DNA of 60,138 bases from Bacteroidales bacterium (GTDB lineage: Bacteria > Bacteroidota > Bacteroidia > Bacteroidales > UBA7960). The stretch is from assembly GCA_003567625.1 (NCBI GenBank), contig PWZB01000070.1, forward strand, positions 1-60,138, read 5' to 3'. A program made the translations under genes and the position numbers. Below, in pieces: positions 47,764-59,058 of this stretch. Position 1 is the first letter of the stretch, and every line of letters starts with the position of its first letter. The notes under the pieces are model-generated. The model was not told the DNA's origin, did not search any database, and saw only the letters and a program-made list of their open reading frames with translations.

Positions 47764-48189
47764 ATGGAAATAAATAAAAAAATCCGTAATTTGCGGAAAA
47801 AACTCAACTATAGCCAGCAAAAATTTTCCGACAAAATTGAGATAAGTCGCTCGGTGCTATCTCAAATTGAAATAAATAAACTAAAACCATCGGTTGATAT
47901 AATTGCAAGAATTGCAAAAGAATTTAACATATCTATATCATATTTTTTTGAAAATGACCTGGAATTAACTGACCAAAACGATTATCCCCTGGTCCGGGAA
48001 ACATCCGAAAAATATGATAACAAAAATTGCCCGCTATGTAAACAGTTAAAAGTTGTAAATGACATACAAAAAGATGTCATTCACAGCCTGGAAAAAACCA
48101 TTTCAACACAATTTCAGTTAATAGAATTACTTGAAAAAAGGATTGAGGTTATTAAAGATACAATGGCTGAACAGCCGGATACTGAGTGA
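47764..48189 (+). CDS. XRE-family helix-turn-helix transcriptional regulator
   Basis: The N-terminal HTH_3 reads IRNLRKKLNYSQQKFSDKIEISRSVLSQIE, and the C-terminal part is a predicted coiled region. Confidence 0.8.
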   Translation: MEINKKIRNLRKKLNYSQQKFSDKIEISRSVLSQIEINKLKPSVDIIARIAKEFNISISYFFENDLELTDQNDYPLVRETSEKYDNKNCPLCKQLKVVNDIQKDVIHSLEKTISTQFQLIELLEKRIEVIKDTMAEQPDTE

Positions 48190-48495
48190 TCTTCTTTTTT
48201 TAATATTACTTAATGTTCAAATACCAACCAAATGTTTTTTACTAATAAGATTAAATACCGGCAGGGTTTTGACTCTTAAGTATTAGCAGCTACCAAATCA
48301 TATTGGTTTTTCAATATCATTCTTGCTTTAACCTTAGCGTTTTTGTAATATCTTAAAGACCTTTACGTTTAAGCTAATAACAAGCAAAAACCATTTTGAT
48401 ATTATTTAACCTTTTCTTCTGTTGATTTGCTTATAAATTAAATATTGTATTAGCTTGCTAATTATTAAGAGAAAACATAAATTTATAAATTCAGC

Positions 48496-49938
48496 GTGAA
48501 AACATATTATAAGCTAATATTACGTTCTTATATAGGGCCATTCCTTGCCACATTCTTTATTGCCATTTTTATCATGTTAATGCAGTTTTTATGGAAATAC
48601 ATTGATGATTTGGTTGGCAAGGGTCTTGAATGGTATATTGTTTCTGAATTGTTGTTTTACGCTTCTGCAACATTTGTTCCTTTAGCTCTTCCCCTTGCAA
48701 TTTTATTATCCTCGATTATGACTATGGGAGGTTTGGGCGAAAATTATGAACTTGTTGCTTTGAAATCGGCAGGTATATCATTGAATAAAATAATGTTACC
48801 ACTGTGGGTTATATCAATTTTTTTGGCTGTTACAGGGTTTTACTTTGCCAACAATGTACTTCCTGTTGCCAATCTGAAAATGGGTTCTCTACTATATGAT
48901 ATCAGACAGCAGCGTCCTGCATTTAACATTATTGAAGGGGTTTATTATAAAGGGATTGATAATTTTGTTATACGTGTACAGGAAAGAGAAAGTGACGGAC
49001 AAACCCTGAGAAATATAAAAATTTATGACCATACCGGGCGGCGTGGTAATATAAAGTTAACAACAGCCAAAAATGGTATAATGGAAACTACGCCTGACAA
49101 AAGATATCTCGTGCTTTCGCTTTATGATGGGCAAAATTTTGAGGAAATCCACGAAGATGATCCTGCATCAAAAGCAAAACCATTCAGGCGAACCGAATTC
49201 AGCAAGCAAATACGAAAATTTGATCTTAGTGCTTTTGATCTTACAAGAACTGATAAAGAACTTTTTAAAAGCAACCATCAAATGTTAAATCTCTCACAAC
49301 TTTCATATTTTATTGACTCCTTGCAAAACCAAATTCTCAGAAGGAAAGAACGGTATTTAAACGACTTTGATAATCGCTTCAGGCACTATTCCAAGCTTGA
49401 TTCTGCCCAATACAGCAACCTGGATTATTATCAAAAGGGTTTTTTTGATTTAGGGCTCATTTTCAATTCTCCGAATAAAGAAACCATTATCAGAAATGCC
49501 TATGATTTTGCACGAACCAATAAAGATTTTGCAAACAATTTCCACAGGGAGTTACATCAAAGAAAACGTTCATTGGCTCGCTACGAGATTGAATTTCAAC
49601 GAAAGTTCACCTTATCTTTCGCATGCATCATCTTTTTTCTAATTGGTGCCCCTATGGGAGCAATAATACGCAGAGGTGGCTTCGGTTTACCCCTCGTTAT
49701 AGCTGTATTATGCTTTGTCGTGTTTCATGTTATATCGGTAACAGGCGAAAAATTTGTTCGTGAAGCAGTTATACCCGCATGGCAAGGTATGTGGATATCA
49801 CCGGTTGTTTTATTGATAATAGGCATAATTCTATCCTTTAAAGCAACAAACGACTCATCTATAATGAATATCGAGAGCTACATAAAAAAATATGAGGATT
49901 TAACCAAGTTTTTTAAAAAAATAATACCAATAAAATAA
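48496..49938 (+). CDS. LptF/LptG-family permease (YjgP/YjgQ)
   Basis: 480 aa with N-terminal ILRSYIGPFLATFFIAIFI, a large periplasmic insert and three C-terminal TM helices. Confidence 0.8.
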   Translation: MKTYYKLILRSYIGPFLATFFIAIFIMLMQFLWKYIDDLVGKGLEWYIVSELLFYASATFVPLALPLAILLSSIMTMGGLGENYELVALKSAGISLNKIMLPLWVISIFLAVTGFYFANNVLPVANLKMGSLLYDIRQQRPAFNIIEGVYYKGIDNFVIRVQERESDGQTLRNIKIYDHTGRRGNIKLTTAKNGIMETTPDKRYLVLSLYDGQNFEEIHEDDPASKAKPFRRTEFSKQIRKFDLSAFDLTRTDKELFKSNHQMLNLSQLSYFIDSLQNQILRRKERYLNDFDNRFRHYSKLDSAQYSNLDYYQKGFFDLGLIFNSPNKETIIRNAYDFARTNKDFANNFHRELHQRKRSLARYEIEFQRKFTLSFACIIFFLIGAPMGAIIRRGGFGLPLVIAVLCFVVFHVISVTGEKFVREAVIPAWQGMWISPVVLLIIGIILSFKATNDSSIMNIESYIKKYEDLTKFFKKIIPIK

Positions 49939-50013
49939 GATAATTAAACTGGTATTTGACTGAACTTAGTTTCCAATTTTATGCTGAATAACTTCAATAA
50001 CAATTATAAAAAA

Positions 50014-51219
50014 ATGAAAATTCTGCAACTGACAAACAAATTACCATATCCGCCCAGGGACGGCGGAGCAATTGCAACATTAAACATGTCAACAGGGTTT
50101 TCAAATCTCGGACACAGCGTTTCAATATTGGCTATGAATACATCAAAACACTATTTTGATACAGAACAAATACCTGGAAAACTAAAAAATAAAATTAATA
50201 TCTATGACGTAAAAGTAAACACCCATATAAAATTTACAGACGCATTAAAAAATTTGCTTTTCTCCAAAATGCCTTACAATGCGGAAAGGTTTTTATCGGA
50301 AAATTACAGAAAAAAGTTAATCGAAATACTGAAATCGGATCATTATGACATAATACAGTTGGAGGGTCTCTATCTTGCTCCATATATTCCTTACATAAGA
50401 AAACATAGCAAAAGCTTGATAGCCCTGCGTGCTCATAACATAGAACATGAGATATGGGAACGTATTGCCGCACAGCAAAAATCACCCTTGAAAAAATTAT
50501 ATTACAAGGAAATTGCTAAACGTATTAAAAAGCTTAAAATTGATCTTATTAATCAATATGACATCCTGGTTCCAATAACCGCGCGAGATGGTGCAAGGTT
50601 CAATAACCTGGGGAATAAAATGCCGGTATATGTTGTCCCGGCAGGCATTGATACAAAAAAACTTATACCCCGCACCGGGAAAATCGTTTCTCCATCAATT
50701 TGCCATATAGGAACGCTTGACTGGATGCCTAACCAGGAAGGTATAATCTGGTTCCTGAAAAATGTCTGGAAAGAAATATCAACATTACATCCCGAATTAA
50801 AATTAAATATTGCAGGCAGAAATAGCCCCAAATGGATGAATAAATTATTCGATTCAAAAAATATTAATTTTCTTGGCGAAATAGAAAATGCTTATGATTT
50901 CATTAATCAAAATGCTATAATGGTAGCTCCACTTTTTTCAGGAAGCGGCATGAGAGTAAAGATTATTGAAGGCATGGCGCTTGGAAAAGCAATAATTACA
51001 ACACCCATCGGCATAGAAGGAATACCTGCAACAAATGGAAAAAACGTAATTATTGAAAAAACACCCGAAGGATTTATTAAACAAATTGATAAACTTTTGA
51101 AAAATCAAAAAAAGATTGATGAGATTGGAAAAAATGCTATTATGTTTGTCAAAGAAAATTTTGATAATACCAATATCTCAGCAAATTTGATTGATTTTTA
51201 TTACAAACAACTAAAATGA
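50014..51219 (+). CDS. Glycosyltransferase family 4 (GT-B)
   Basis: MKILQLTNKLPYPPRDGGA at the N-terminus and a C-terminal E(x7)E-like region (SGMRVKIIEGMALGKAIITT). The ATG at 50014 is preferred. Confidence 0.85.
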   Translation: MKILQLTNKLPYPPRDGGAIATLNMSTGFSNLGHSVSILAMNTSKHYFDTEQIPGKLKNKINIYDVKVNTHIKFTDALKNLLFSKMPYNAERFLSENYRKKLIEILKSDHYDIIQLEGLYLAPYIPYIRKHSKSLIALRAHNIEHEIWERIAAQQKSPLKKLYYKEIAKRIKKLKIDLINQYDILVPITARDGARFNNLGNKMPVYVVPAGIDTKKLIPRTGKIVSPSICHIGTLDWMPNQEGIIWFLKNVWKEISTLHPELKLNIAGRNSPKWMNKLFDSKNINFLGEIENAYDFINQNAIMVAPLFSGSGMRVKIIEGMALGKAIITTPIGIEGIPATNGKNVIIEKTPEGFIKQIDKLLKNQKKIDEIGKNAIMFVKENFDNTNISANLIDFYYKQLK

Positions 51220-52403
51220 ACAACACTGTTATTTTCTGTTTGCTTGCTTTATGTTTCTGGCTGTCGGCAGGCATTATATTTTATTCTTATGCCATTTTTC
51301 CGTTAATTATTTCGCTACTTACAAAGAAGAAAAAAATTACAGAAAAAAAATATAATAATAGTGATAATCTGCCATTTGTCAGTATTTTAATTTCAGCATT
51401 TAATGAAGAAGATGTAATAGAAAAAAAAATATACTCAATATTTAATACAACCTACCCGCTCGATAAAATTGAAGTATTGGTTGGCTCCGATGCATCAACA
51501 GACAATACCGATACGATTATGAAAATACTTTTAAAACAATATCCAAAGTTAAAATTTTTCCCTTTTAAAGACCGGCGAGGTAAAGGTAATGTGATCAATA
51601 ATCTGTATGAAAAGTCAAAAGGCGATATATTGTTGTTAACCGATGCCAATGTAATACTTGAACAAAATACCATTTTTGAGCTGGTGAAATATTTTAAGGA
51701 CGAATCTGTTGGCTTGGTTGATTCCAGGATGATAAACACCAATCTGCAAAAAGACGGTATTTCATTCCAGGAAAGGGCATATATTACAAGGGAAGTTTAT
51801 ATAAAACACAATGAAAGTATTTTATGGGGTACGATGATGGGGCCATTCGGGGGATGTTTTGCAATCAGGAAAGAGCTATACTCCAAAGTTCCGTCAAACT
51901 TCCTGGTAGACGATTTTTATATCAACATGAAAGTACTTGAAAAAGGTTATAAATCTATAAATAATCTTAGTGCAAAGGTTTATGAGGACATTCCAAATAA
52001 ATTAGGTGATGAGTTCCGCAGGAAAATAAGAATAGCAACCGGAAATTTTCAAAACCTGAGAGCTTTTTATAAACTTCTTTTTCGTAAAACAAAGGGGCTT
52101 GCTTTTTGTTTTATTTCACATAAAATATTAAGGTGGTTAGGTCCGTTTTTTATAATTTTGGCATTTATTTCAAATTTAATTCTTGCAATTTACAGTGTTC
52201 TTTATCTTTATCTGTTTATTGCACATTGTTTTTTGCTAATATTGCCATTAATAGATTATTTATTGAAAAAATTAAATTATAACAGCAATATTCTTCGTTT
52301 TATTACACATTTTTATAGCATGAATATTGCTTTACTGACAGGATTTTTTAAATCATTAAAATCAATTGAAACAAATGTCTGGAAACCGACAAAAAGGAGC
52401 TGA
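51216..52403 (+). CDS. Glycosyltransferase family 2 (membrane-associated, processive-type architecture)
   Basis: It has [11 protein letters not shown] and LLTDAN (DxD-like) plus C-terminal TM helices. It overlaps the previous gene by 4 nt (ATGA). Confidence 0.85.
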   Translation: MNNTVIFCLLALCFWLSAGIIFYSYAIFPLIISLLTKKKKITEKKYNNSDNLPFVSILISAFNEEDVIEKKIYSIFNTTYPLDKIEVLVGSDASTDNTDTIMKILLKQYPKLKFFPFKDRRGKGNVINNLYEKSKGDILLLTDANVILEQNTIFELVKYFKDESVGLVDSRMINTNLQKDGISFQERAYITREVYIKHNESILWGTMMGPFGGCFAIRKELYSKVPSNFLVDDFYINMKVLEKGYKSINNLSAKVYEDIPNKLGDEFRRKIRIATGNFQNLRAFYKLLFRKTKGLAFCFISHKILRWLGPFFIILAFISNLILAIYSVLYLYLFIAHCFLLILPLIDYLLKKLNYNSNILRFITHFYSMNIALLTGFFKSLKSIETNVWKPTKRS

Positions 52404-53610
52404 TCAGGACAGGTTAAAGTTCAACAGCATAGATGATGCCATAAAAGATATAAAAGAAGGCAAAGTTATAATAGTTGTTGATGATGAGGATCGTGAGAAC
52501 GAGGGGGATTTTATTGCAGCGGCAGAAACTATAAACCCCGGTATTGTTAACTTCATGGCTACTCATGGTCGCGGTCTTATTTGCGCTCCGTTAACATCAA
52601 CCCGTTGCGAAGAGCTTGATCTGGATTTAATGGTAAACAAAAACACCTCTTTGCACCAAACCCCTTTTACCGTATCGGTTGATTTAATCGGAAGAGGTTG
52701 CACAACAGGGATTTCGGCATCTGACAGAGCTAAGACGATAAGGGCTCTTGCCGACCCTGATATTACACCCAAAGACCTTGCCCGTCCGGGACATATTTTT
52801 CCATTAATGGCTCGTGAGGGTGGTGTACTGCAGAGAGCAGGGCATACTGAAGCTGCTATTGACCTTGCAAGGCTGGCCGGCTTTAATCCATGCGGTGCAT
52901 TGGTGGAAATAATGAACCCCGATGGAACTATGGCGCGCCTGCCCGAACTTGTTAAAGTTGCAAAAAAATTTGATCTGAAAATAATCTCAATAGAACAACT
53001 TATAGCCTACCGAATTAAGAATGAAAGCCTCATAAAGCAAGAAATACTAGTTGACCTGCCAACAGAGTGGGGGCATTTTAAACTGGCAGCCTACAGGCAA
53101 ACCACCAACAACCATTTACATCTTGCGCTCACTAAAGGAAACTGGAAACCCGGTGAAGAAGTCGTGGTAAGAGTACATTCCTCATGCGTAACAGGTGATG
53201 TATTTGGTTCATGCAAATGCGATTGCGGCAGCCAATTGCATAAAGCCATGAAAATGGTTGAAGAAGAAGGAAAAGGAATAGTGCTCTACATGAACCAGGA
53301 AGGACGTGGTATTGGTTTACTTAATAAACTTAAAGCATATCACCTGCAGGAAAAAGGCCTTGACACGGTTGAGGCTAATGTTGAACTCGGATTTAAAGCC
53401 GATGAAAGAGATTATGGTATAGGAGCTCAAATACTGCGCGTACTTGGTGCACAAAAAATCAAACTTATCAGTAATAATCCGCACAAAAAAACAGGATTAA
53501 GCGGTTATGGAATAGAAATAGTTAAAAATATCCCCTTAATAGTATCTGCCTCGGAATATTCCAAAAATTATATGGAAACCAAAAAGAATAAGATGGGACA
53601 TATTTTGTAA
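52375..53610 (+). CDS. ribBA: Bifunctional 3,4-dihydroxy-2-butanone-4-phosphate synthase / GTP cyclohydrolase II
   Basis: It has [23 protein letters not shown] and the zinc site [19 protein letters not shown]. The ATG at 52375 is preferred over the TTG at 52366. Confidence 0.93.
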   Translation: MSGNRQKGADQDRLKFNSIDDAIKDIKEGKVIIVVDDEDRENEGDFIAAAETINPGIVNFMATHGRGLICAPLTSTRCEELDLDLMVNKNTSLHQTPFTVSVDLIGRGCTTGISASDRAKTIRALADPDITPKDLARPGHIFPLMAREGGVLQRAGHTEAAIDLARLAGFNPCGALVEIMNPDGTMARLPELVKVAKKFDLKIISIEQLIAYRIKNESLIKQEILVDLPTEWGHFKLAAYRQTTNNHLHLALTKGNWKPGEEVVVRVHSSCVTGDVFGSCKCDCGSQLHKAMKMVEEEGKGIVLYMNQEGRGIGLLNKLKAYHLQEKGLDTVEANVELGFKADERDYGIGAQILRVLGAQKIKLISNNPHKKTGLSGYGIEIVKNIPLIVSASEYSKNYMETKKNKMGHIL

Positions 53611-53660
53611 AATACGTTTAATACCAAGGCAAGGATTTATTTGGCACTCATCACTTTTCA

Positions 53661-55616
53661 TTATTCCAGTATTATAAATTCAGTTCTCCGGTTATTAGCC
53701 CTGCCTTCTTCGGTTTCATTAGTGTCAACGGGCTTGGTATCTGCATATCCTTTATATTCAAGCCTCCGGGGATCAATGCCGCTTTCAGCCAGATAAGTAT
53801 ATACACTTCTTGCACGGTTCAGGGACAACTCCTTGTTATATTCATAAGAACCTATATTATCAGTATGACCGCCAATCTCAATTCTTATATCCGGATTTTC
53901 TTCCATAAGCCTAATAAGCCTGCTAAGCTCTGCTTTTGACTCAGGTTTAAGTTCATACTTATCGTACTCAAAAAATATATTTCTCAAAACAGCTGATTCT
54001 CCGGCTTGAACAGGATTTAATGGAATATCCATCATGTATGGTTCAATTCCGCTGTAGGCCCTGTCCAATTTAAAATTTTCCGAAAAGAACAGATAACCGT
54101 TTGCCGAAACATTAAGCCCTAAATTAATTCCCATAGGGATTGCCACAAGAAAGCTGCCATCAACAACATCTGATTCAGAGCTTATCAACACTTCATCATC
54201 TTTCAGATCAATAAGTTCGAAGCTTGCTTTAAGGGGTTTTCGTGTATATCTATCAAAAACTTTTCCTTTCATATAAGTGAGAGGGTCTGGCCGGGCTTCT
54301 TCATAAAGTTCGAAATAATATATATCTGTTTGCCCGGATTCTTGTCCCGCATCCGACGCAAAATATGCATCGCGGCCGCTCGCACCAATAAAAAGCGAAA
54401 ATTCATCTTTGTGTGTATTAATAGGATATCCAAGGTTAACGGGCTTTGTCCAGTTGCCGTTTTCATCGCGCCGTGAGTAAAAAAGGTCATATCCGCCCAT
54501 ACCCATATGACCATCTGAAGCAAAAAACAGTGTTTTATTGTCCGGATGAATAAATGGCGACATTTCACGTCCATTAGTGTTAATAACCGGGCCAAGATTT
54601 ACGGGCTTTGACCATGCAGAGTCGCTTTGAAACTGTGTCATCCATATGTCGGTTACGCCATATCCTCCGCCCCTGGAACTGGCAAAGTAAAGTGTTTTGC
54701 CATCTGCCGTAGCACTTGGCTGCGAATCCCAATGCCAGCTGTTTACAGGAACACCCATATTTGCCGGGGTATCCCATGAATCACCCTTTCGGCGCGAATA
54801 ATAAATATCACAGCTTCCAACTCCGCCAGGCCTATTACAAGCGGTAAAAAAAAGATGCTGGCCATCAGCCGAAATACTCAAAAATCCCTCATTAAGAGAA
54901 GTGTTTACGGGTTCTCCCAGGTTTTCAGCACTCTGCCACTCGCCATTAACTTTATGACTGTAATAAATATCCTCATATTCGCTTGCTCCGTACATCGAAC
55001 CCGGATGACGCCTTTGCTTTCTTGTGAAATATATTATTTTTTCATCGGCTGTTAATGACGGGCTGTATTCAGCAAATTCAGTATTTATAGCACTTCCAAT
55101 ATTAACAGGATCAAAAGGAACAGGTGATCTTATAGACTCAATTGCAAAACGGCATGTCTCTAAAATCCCGTCGGATTGCTCACGCATCCTAGAACTTATT
55201 TCATCATAAGTCAAAAAATGTTTAATCCGGTTTTTGGCTTCTTCATATTTACCCAATTTAAGTTTAGAATCAGCTAAATAATAATGGTTGTTGGGAAAAA
55301 AATCAGGATCAATTTCAACAGCACGACTATAAACTTCTATGCACTCTTCATATCTTCCAACTCTGTGGTACATTTCACCAAGAATAATATATGGCTCTAT
55401 AAAATAAGGGTCTATTTCAATTGCTCTTAAAAATTCACCTTCAGCTTTCCTGGCATACCTCTCATTTTTATATTGAATTGCATTTTCAAAAGCCCGCCGC
55501 GCCTTGCCGGATGTAGTTGTTAACTCCATATCGGGCTGCTGCGAATATATATTGGAACAAATAAAAAAAACCAATAAAAACTGCAAAACCGGTATTCGCA
55601 AAAATAGTTTATGCAT
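53661..55616 (-). CDS. OmpA-family protein with TPR repeats and TolB-like (PD40) beta-propeller repeats
   Basis: It has a signal peptide, TPR-like repeats, repeated PVN..S...E..P..S.DG...F..S motifs and a C-terminal OmpA domain (GHTDNIGS...NRRTEF). Confidence 0.88.
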   Translation of the reverse strand: MHKLFLRIPVLQFLLVFFICSNIYSQQPDMELTTTSGKARRAFENAIQYKNERYARKAEGEFLRAIEIDPYFIEPYIILGEMYHRVGRYEECIEVYSRAVEIDPDFFPNNHYYLADSKLKLGKYEEAKNRIKHFLTYDEISSRMREQSDGILETCRFAIESIRSPVPFDPVNIGSAINTEFAEYSPSLTADEKIIYFTRKQRRHPGSMYGASEYEDIYYSHKVNGEWQSAENLGEPVNTSLNEGFLSISADGQHLFFTACNRPGGVGSCDIYYSRRKGDSWDTPANMGVPVNSWHWDSQPSATADGKTLYFASSRGGGYGVTDIWMTQFQSDSAWSKPVNLGPVINTNGREMSPFIHPDNKTLFFASDGHMGMGGYDLFYSRRDENGNWTKPVNLGYPINTHKDEFSLFIGASGRDAYFASDAGQESGQTDIYYFELYEEARPDPLTYMKGKVFDRYTRKPLKASFELIDLKDDEVLISSESDVVDGSFLVAIPMGINLGLNVSANGYLFFSENFKLDRAYSGIEPYMMDIPLNPVQAGESAVLRNIFFEYDKYELKPESKAELSRLIRLMEENPDIRIEIGGHTDNIGSYEYNKELSLNRARSVYTYLAESGIDPRRLEYKGYADTKPVDTNETEEGRANNRRTEFIILE

Positions 55617-55938
55617 CGCAATGAATAGCTTTAGTTAATGAATAACTTAAGGTTTATGATTAAACATTAAATCATTTATTATAAAATTAAACTTTTTTCA
55701 AAATTTAAAAAACATAATTCTGTCAATATATAAAACCGTTGGCAAACTCTATTTTTTTGTTGTATATCACAAAATCATTACAAAAAGTTAAAATATAAAG
55801 TTACAAAAATCAAGACTGAAAATGATCTGCTATCATAATAATGGGTTAATTCCTTTTATCTTTTTAATACTCCTGACACTGGCGGAGAAATGATACATGT
55901 ATGTGTTTCCGATGGGGTAAACCCTTCAACTAATCGGA

Positions 55939-56580
55939 TCACGGTATATTCATAAATTTTTGGGATTGCAGTGAAATCATCCATTTTGGATTATTTTTAA
56001 CGTAATCAACTATCACCTTTATAATATTTTTGAAATTACTCCATTCGGGCTGCAGGTACAGCAAACATTTTTGTTTTACATTCCTGCGGTTCTCTTCTGC
56101 CCATTTCAGGTCTTCCGGCTTCTCAATTATCACTTTAAGTTCATCAGCCGACAGCAACAACTGGTTGTTTGAAACCTGGCCAATTTTTGGCGATATACAG
56201 ATCCAGTCAAAACTACCGCTTAAAGGGTAGCAACCCGAGGTTTCCAGGCATATTTTTATTCCCTTGTTTTTAAGTTTTCTGCAAAGGTAGTTAAGGTTAT
56301 ACAGGAGAGGCTCGCCCCCGGTAATAACAACTGTTTCAGAAGGGTTATCCGATATTGATTTCAGGACATCATCTACCTTGACCAAAGTGTGAAGTTCAGC
56401 ATTCCATGATTCTTTCACATCGCACCATCTGCATCCGATATCACAGCCGCCTATCCTGATAAACCACGCGGCTCTGCCTGTCATATATCCTTCACCCTGC
56501 ACCGAATAAAACGTTTCCATTACAGGCAAAGCCTTGCCGGCTTTCAACAACTCTTCATTCTTACAATTTAAATTATACAA
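55939..56580 (-). CDS. queE: 7-carboxy-7-deazaguanine synthase (radical SAM)
   Basis: It has FYSVQGEG, a radical-SAM cluster (CDIGCRWCD) and TGGEPLL. The start is either the TTG at 56580 or the ATG at 56520. Confidence 0.88.
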   Translation of the reverse strand: MYNLNCKNEELLKAGKALPVMETFYSVQGEGYMTGRAAWFIRIGGCDIGCRWCDVKESWNAELHTLVKVDDVLKSISDNPSETVVITGGEPLLYNLNYLCRKLKNKGIKICLETSGCYPLSGSFDWICISPKIGQVSNNQLLLSADELKVIIEKPEDLKWAEENRRNVKQKCLLYLQPEWSNFKNIIKVIVDYVKNNPKWMISLQSQKFMNIP

Positions 56581-56640
56581 TTAACCAAGGATTATAATTA
56601 ATAAACCCGATCAGATTAAAAACTCCATACGGAATAATCC

Positions 56641-57966
56641 TTAACCCAAGCCTTTCATCATGTTCTGCATCTTGGATTTACCACCCTTCATCATCTTCAT
56701 CATTTTCCTGGTATCACCAAATTGCTTAATAAGCCTGTTAACCTCCGTAATATCATTACCACTTCCCCTGGCTATCCTCTTACGGCGACTACCATTAATA
56801 ATGGCAGGATTTTCACGTTCTTCAGGTGTCATTGATTTTATTATTGCTTCAATACCTTTAAAAGCATCATCATCAATATCAGCATCTTTGACAGCTTTTC
56901 CCATTCCGGGGATCATTCCTGCCAGATCCTTGATATTACCCATTTTTTTGATTTGCTGTAATTGCTTTAAAAAGTCATTAAAGTTAAATTGGTTTTTAGC
57001 CAGTTTTTTTTGTACTTCACGTGCTTCTTTCTCGTCAAATTGTTCTTGTGCTTTTTCAACTAACGATACAATATCTCCCATACCCAAAATCCTGTCAGCC
57101 ATCCTTTGGGGATGAAACACGTCAAGAGCATCAATTTTCTCTCCAATCCCGACAAATTTAACAGGTTTGTTCACAACCGACTTAATGCTCAATGCCGCTC
57201 CCCCCCTGGTATCACCATCTAATTTAGTCAAAACTACTCCCTCATAATCGAGCCTGTCATTGAAAGCCTTTGCTGTTTTAACGGCATCCTGCCCCGTCAT
57301 GGCATCAACAACAAAAAGCGTCTCATGGGGGGTTAGGGCTTTTTTCAGATTTGATATCTCATCCATCATCTGTTGGTCAATAGCTAAGCGACCGGCAGTA
57401 TCAACTACCAGTACATCATGCCCCATATTCCGGGCATGTTTCACAGCTCTTTTAGCTATGTTAACAGGGTCTTTGGATTCCTTGTCGGAAAAAACTTCCG
57501 TTTCGGTTTGCTCTCCAAGAACATGAAGCTGGTCAATGGCGGCAGGACGGTAAACGTCGCCCGCAACCAAAAGCGGTTTCTTGTTTTTCTTTTCCTTAAG
57601 ATAATAGGCAAGCTTTGCCGCAAAAGTAGTTTTTCCGCTACCCTGCAAACCGGCTACAAGTACTACAGCAGGCTTGCCTTTGATGTTGATTTCAACGTTC
57701 TCGGAACCCATCAGGTCTGATAACTCCTCTTGAACAATCTTTACCATCAATTGACCCGGCGAAACCGACGTGAGTACATCACGACCAAGCGCCTTTTCCT
57801 TTACTGAATCGGTGAAATTCTTTGCAATCTTATAATTAACATCGGCATCAAGAAGAGCCCTCCTGATATCTTTCAACGACTCGGCAACATTAACCTCTGT
57901 GATATAACCCTGCCCTTTAAGCAGCTTAAATGATTTTTCAAACCTCTCTGTTAAACTTTCAAACAT
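56641..57966 (-). CDS. ffh: Signal recognition particle protein Ffh
   Basis: The N and G domains ([20 protein letters not shown]) and a Met-rich M domain with C-terminal MMKMMKG are present. Confidence 0.95.
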   Translation of the reverse strand: MFESLTERFEKSFKLLKGQGYITEVNVAESLKDIRRALLDADVNYKIAKNFTDSVKEKALGRDVLTSVSPGQLMVKIVQEELSDLMGSENVEINIKGKPAVVLVAGLQGSGKTTFAAKLAYYLKEKKNKKPLLVAGDVYRPAAIDQLHVLGEQTETEVFSDKESKDPVNIAKRAVKHARNMGHDVLVVDTAGRLAIDQQMMDEISNLKKALTPHETLFVVDAMTGQDAVKTAKAFNDRLDYEGVVLTKLDGDTRGGAALSIKSVVNKPVKFVGIGEKIDALDVFHPQRMADRILGMGDIVSLVEKAQEQFDEKEAREVQKKLAKNQFNFNDFLKQLQQIKKMGNIKDLAGMIPGMGKAVKDADIDDDAFKGIEAIIKSMTPEERENPAIINGSRRKRIARGSGNDITEVNRLIKQFGDTRKMMKMMKGGKSKMQNMMKGLG

Positions 57967-58085
57967 ATGTGTAAAATTTATTTCCCTTTTTTCTAAAATG
58001 CAAAATTACTATTAATTACAAGATTTTTAAAATCCCGGAAAGAAAAAAGCAAGCTGATGATGATAAATTGATGATGATAAATAAA

Positions 58086-58104
58086 GAAGGTGAAAATAAC
58101 CTTC
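58086..58104 (-). terminator. Possible weak terminator after the transglutaminase-like gene
   Basis: The minus strand reads GAAGG-(9 nt)-CCTTC followed by TTTATTTAT. The stem is only 5 bp. Confidence 0.25.
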
Positions 58105-58155
58105 CTGGTACTCTTTAAATTTATAAGCTAATAAATAAAGTTGAAATTCTAATAT

Positions 58156-59040
58156 TTAATATTTTACAACAATATCATAAAGTTTTTTGACCTCCCTTGC
58201 ACTTTCAAGCTCATTATTCCTCTCATATGAAGTGATCAGGCTAAACAACATTCTTTCCATTATTTCATTGTTTGAACATAGCCTGAAATATTTCCGTTTG
58301 GGCTCCAGGTTTAATTGCTTGAGAAACCATTCGGCTTCCTGGCGAGAAAAAACATTTCCTTTACTGAATGCATTAATAAAGAACAAAATATCATCGTTCT
58401 TTCCCGGTAAAGTATGTGGGTTAACAGGCCCGGAGATATAAGCCAATATAAAATGCTCGGGAAAGTTTATACCATGTACCGGTATATCAAGACTTTGAGC
58501 TAAAAGCATGTAAAACAATCCTAAAGATGCCGGATTACCTTTTTTTGTCTCCAGAACCTTGTTAATAAAATGATTTTGAGGGTCGTGATAATTATCAACA
58601 TTGCCTGCAAATCCATAATTATCATAAAGGATATGATTGAAAACTTTGATCTTCTCCAGCGCAGTCAAATCATTATTCAATTCTAACCAAATATCCTTTC
58701 TTATATTGTTTAGTTCGAGTTTGACATTTTCTTCTTTCAGTTCAGGGTAATTATACCGGCTAATGATCAGCCATCCTGTCAGCAAATCTTTCTTTTCCTG
58801 CAGGTTCCAGCTATTCAGTTCTGACCGTATATTATTAAACTGGATCTGATGAACAAGTTCTTCTATACGTTTTTGAATTGCCGGGTCAATTGTGTTTTCC
58901 CAGGCAGATTCAAGGTGTGGCAATATTTCCGAACCATAAATAAATATTTTTTTGGTAATTTCCTTAAACACATCATTATCAGGATCATCAATCAAGCTTA
59001 TTAAAGCTTGCATTTCCCTGACATTATCAGGTTTTTCCAT
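58156..59040 (-). CDS. Transglutaminase-like / SirB1-N family protein with C-terminal TPR-like helices
   Basis: The central segment reads KKGNPASLGLFYMLLAQSLDIPVHGINFPEHFILAY. The ATG at 59040 is preferred over the TTG at 59049. Confidence 0.6.
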   Translation of the reverse strand: MEKPDNVREMQALISLIDDPDNDVFKEITKKIFIYGSEILPHLESAWENTIDPAIQKRIEELVHQIQFNNIRSELNSWNLQEKKDLLTGWLIISRYNYPELKEENVKLELNNIRKDIWLELNNDLTALEKIKVFNHILYDNYGFAGNVDNYHDPQNHFINKVLETKKGNPASLGLFYMLLAQSLDIPVHGINFPEHFILAYISGPVNPHTLPGKNDDILFFINAFSKGNVFSRQEAEWFLKQLNLEPKRKYFRLCSNNEIMERMLFSLITSYERNNELESAREVKKLYDIVVKY

Positions 59041-59058
59041 ATTATACAAAATAAAATT

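Noticed and set aside
52300-52375. Expected FMN riboswitch before ribBA and preQ1 riboswitch before queE (56581-56640)
   Set aside because: Both genes directly follow or overlap upstream genes, leaving no leader space, and no aptamer motifs are visible.
58054-58083. 14-bp doublet TGATGATGATAAAT x2 upstream of ffh
   Set aside because: It is real but only two copies. It is consistent with the same period-7 repeat tendency and not worth a separate finding.
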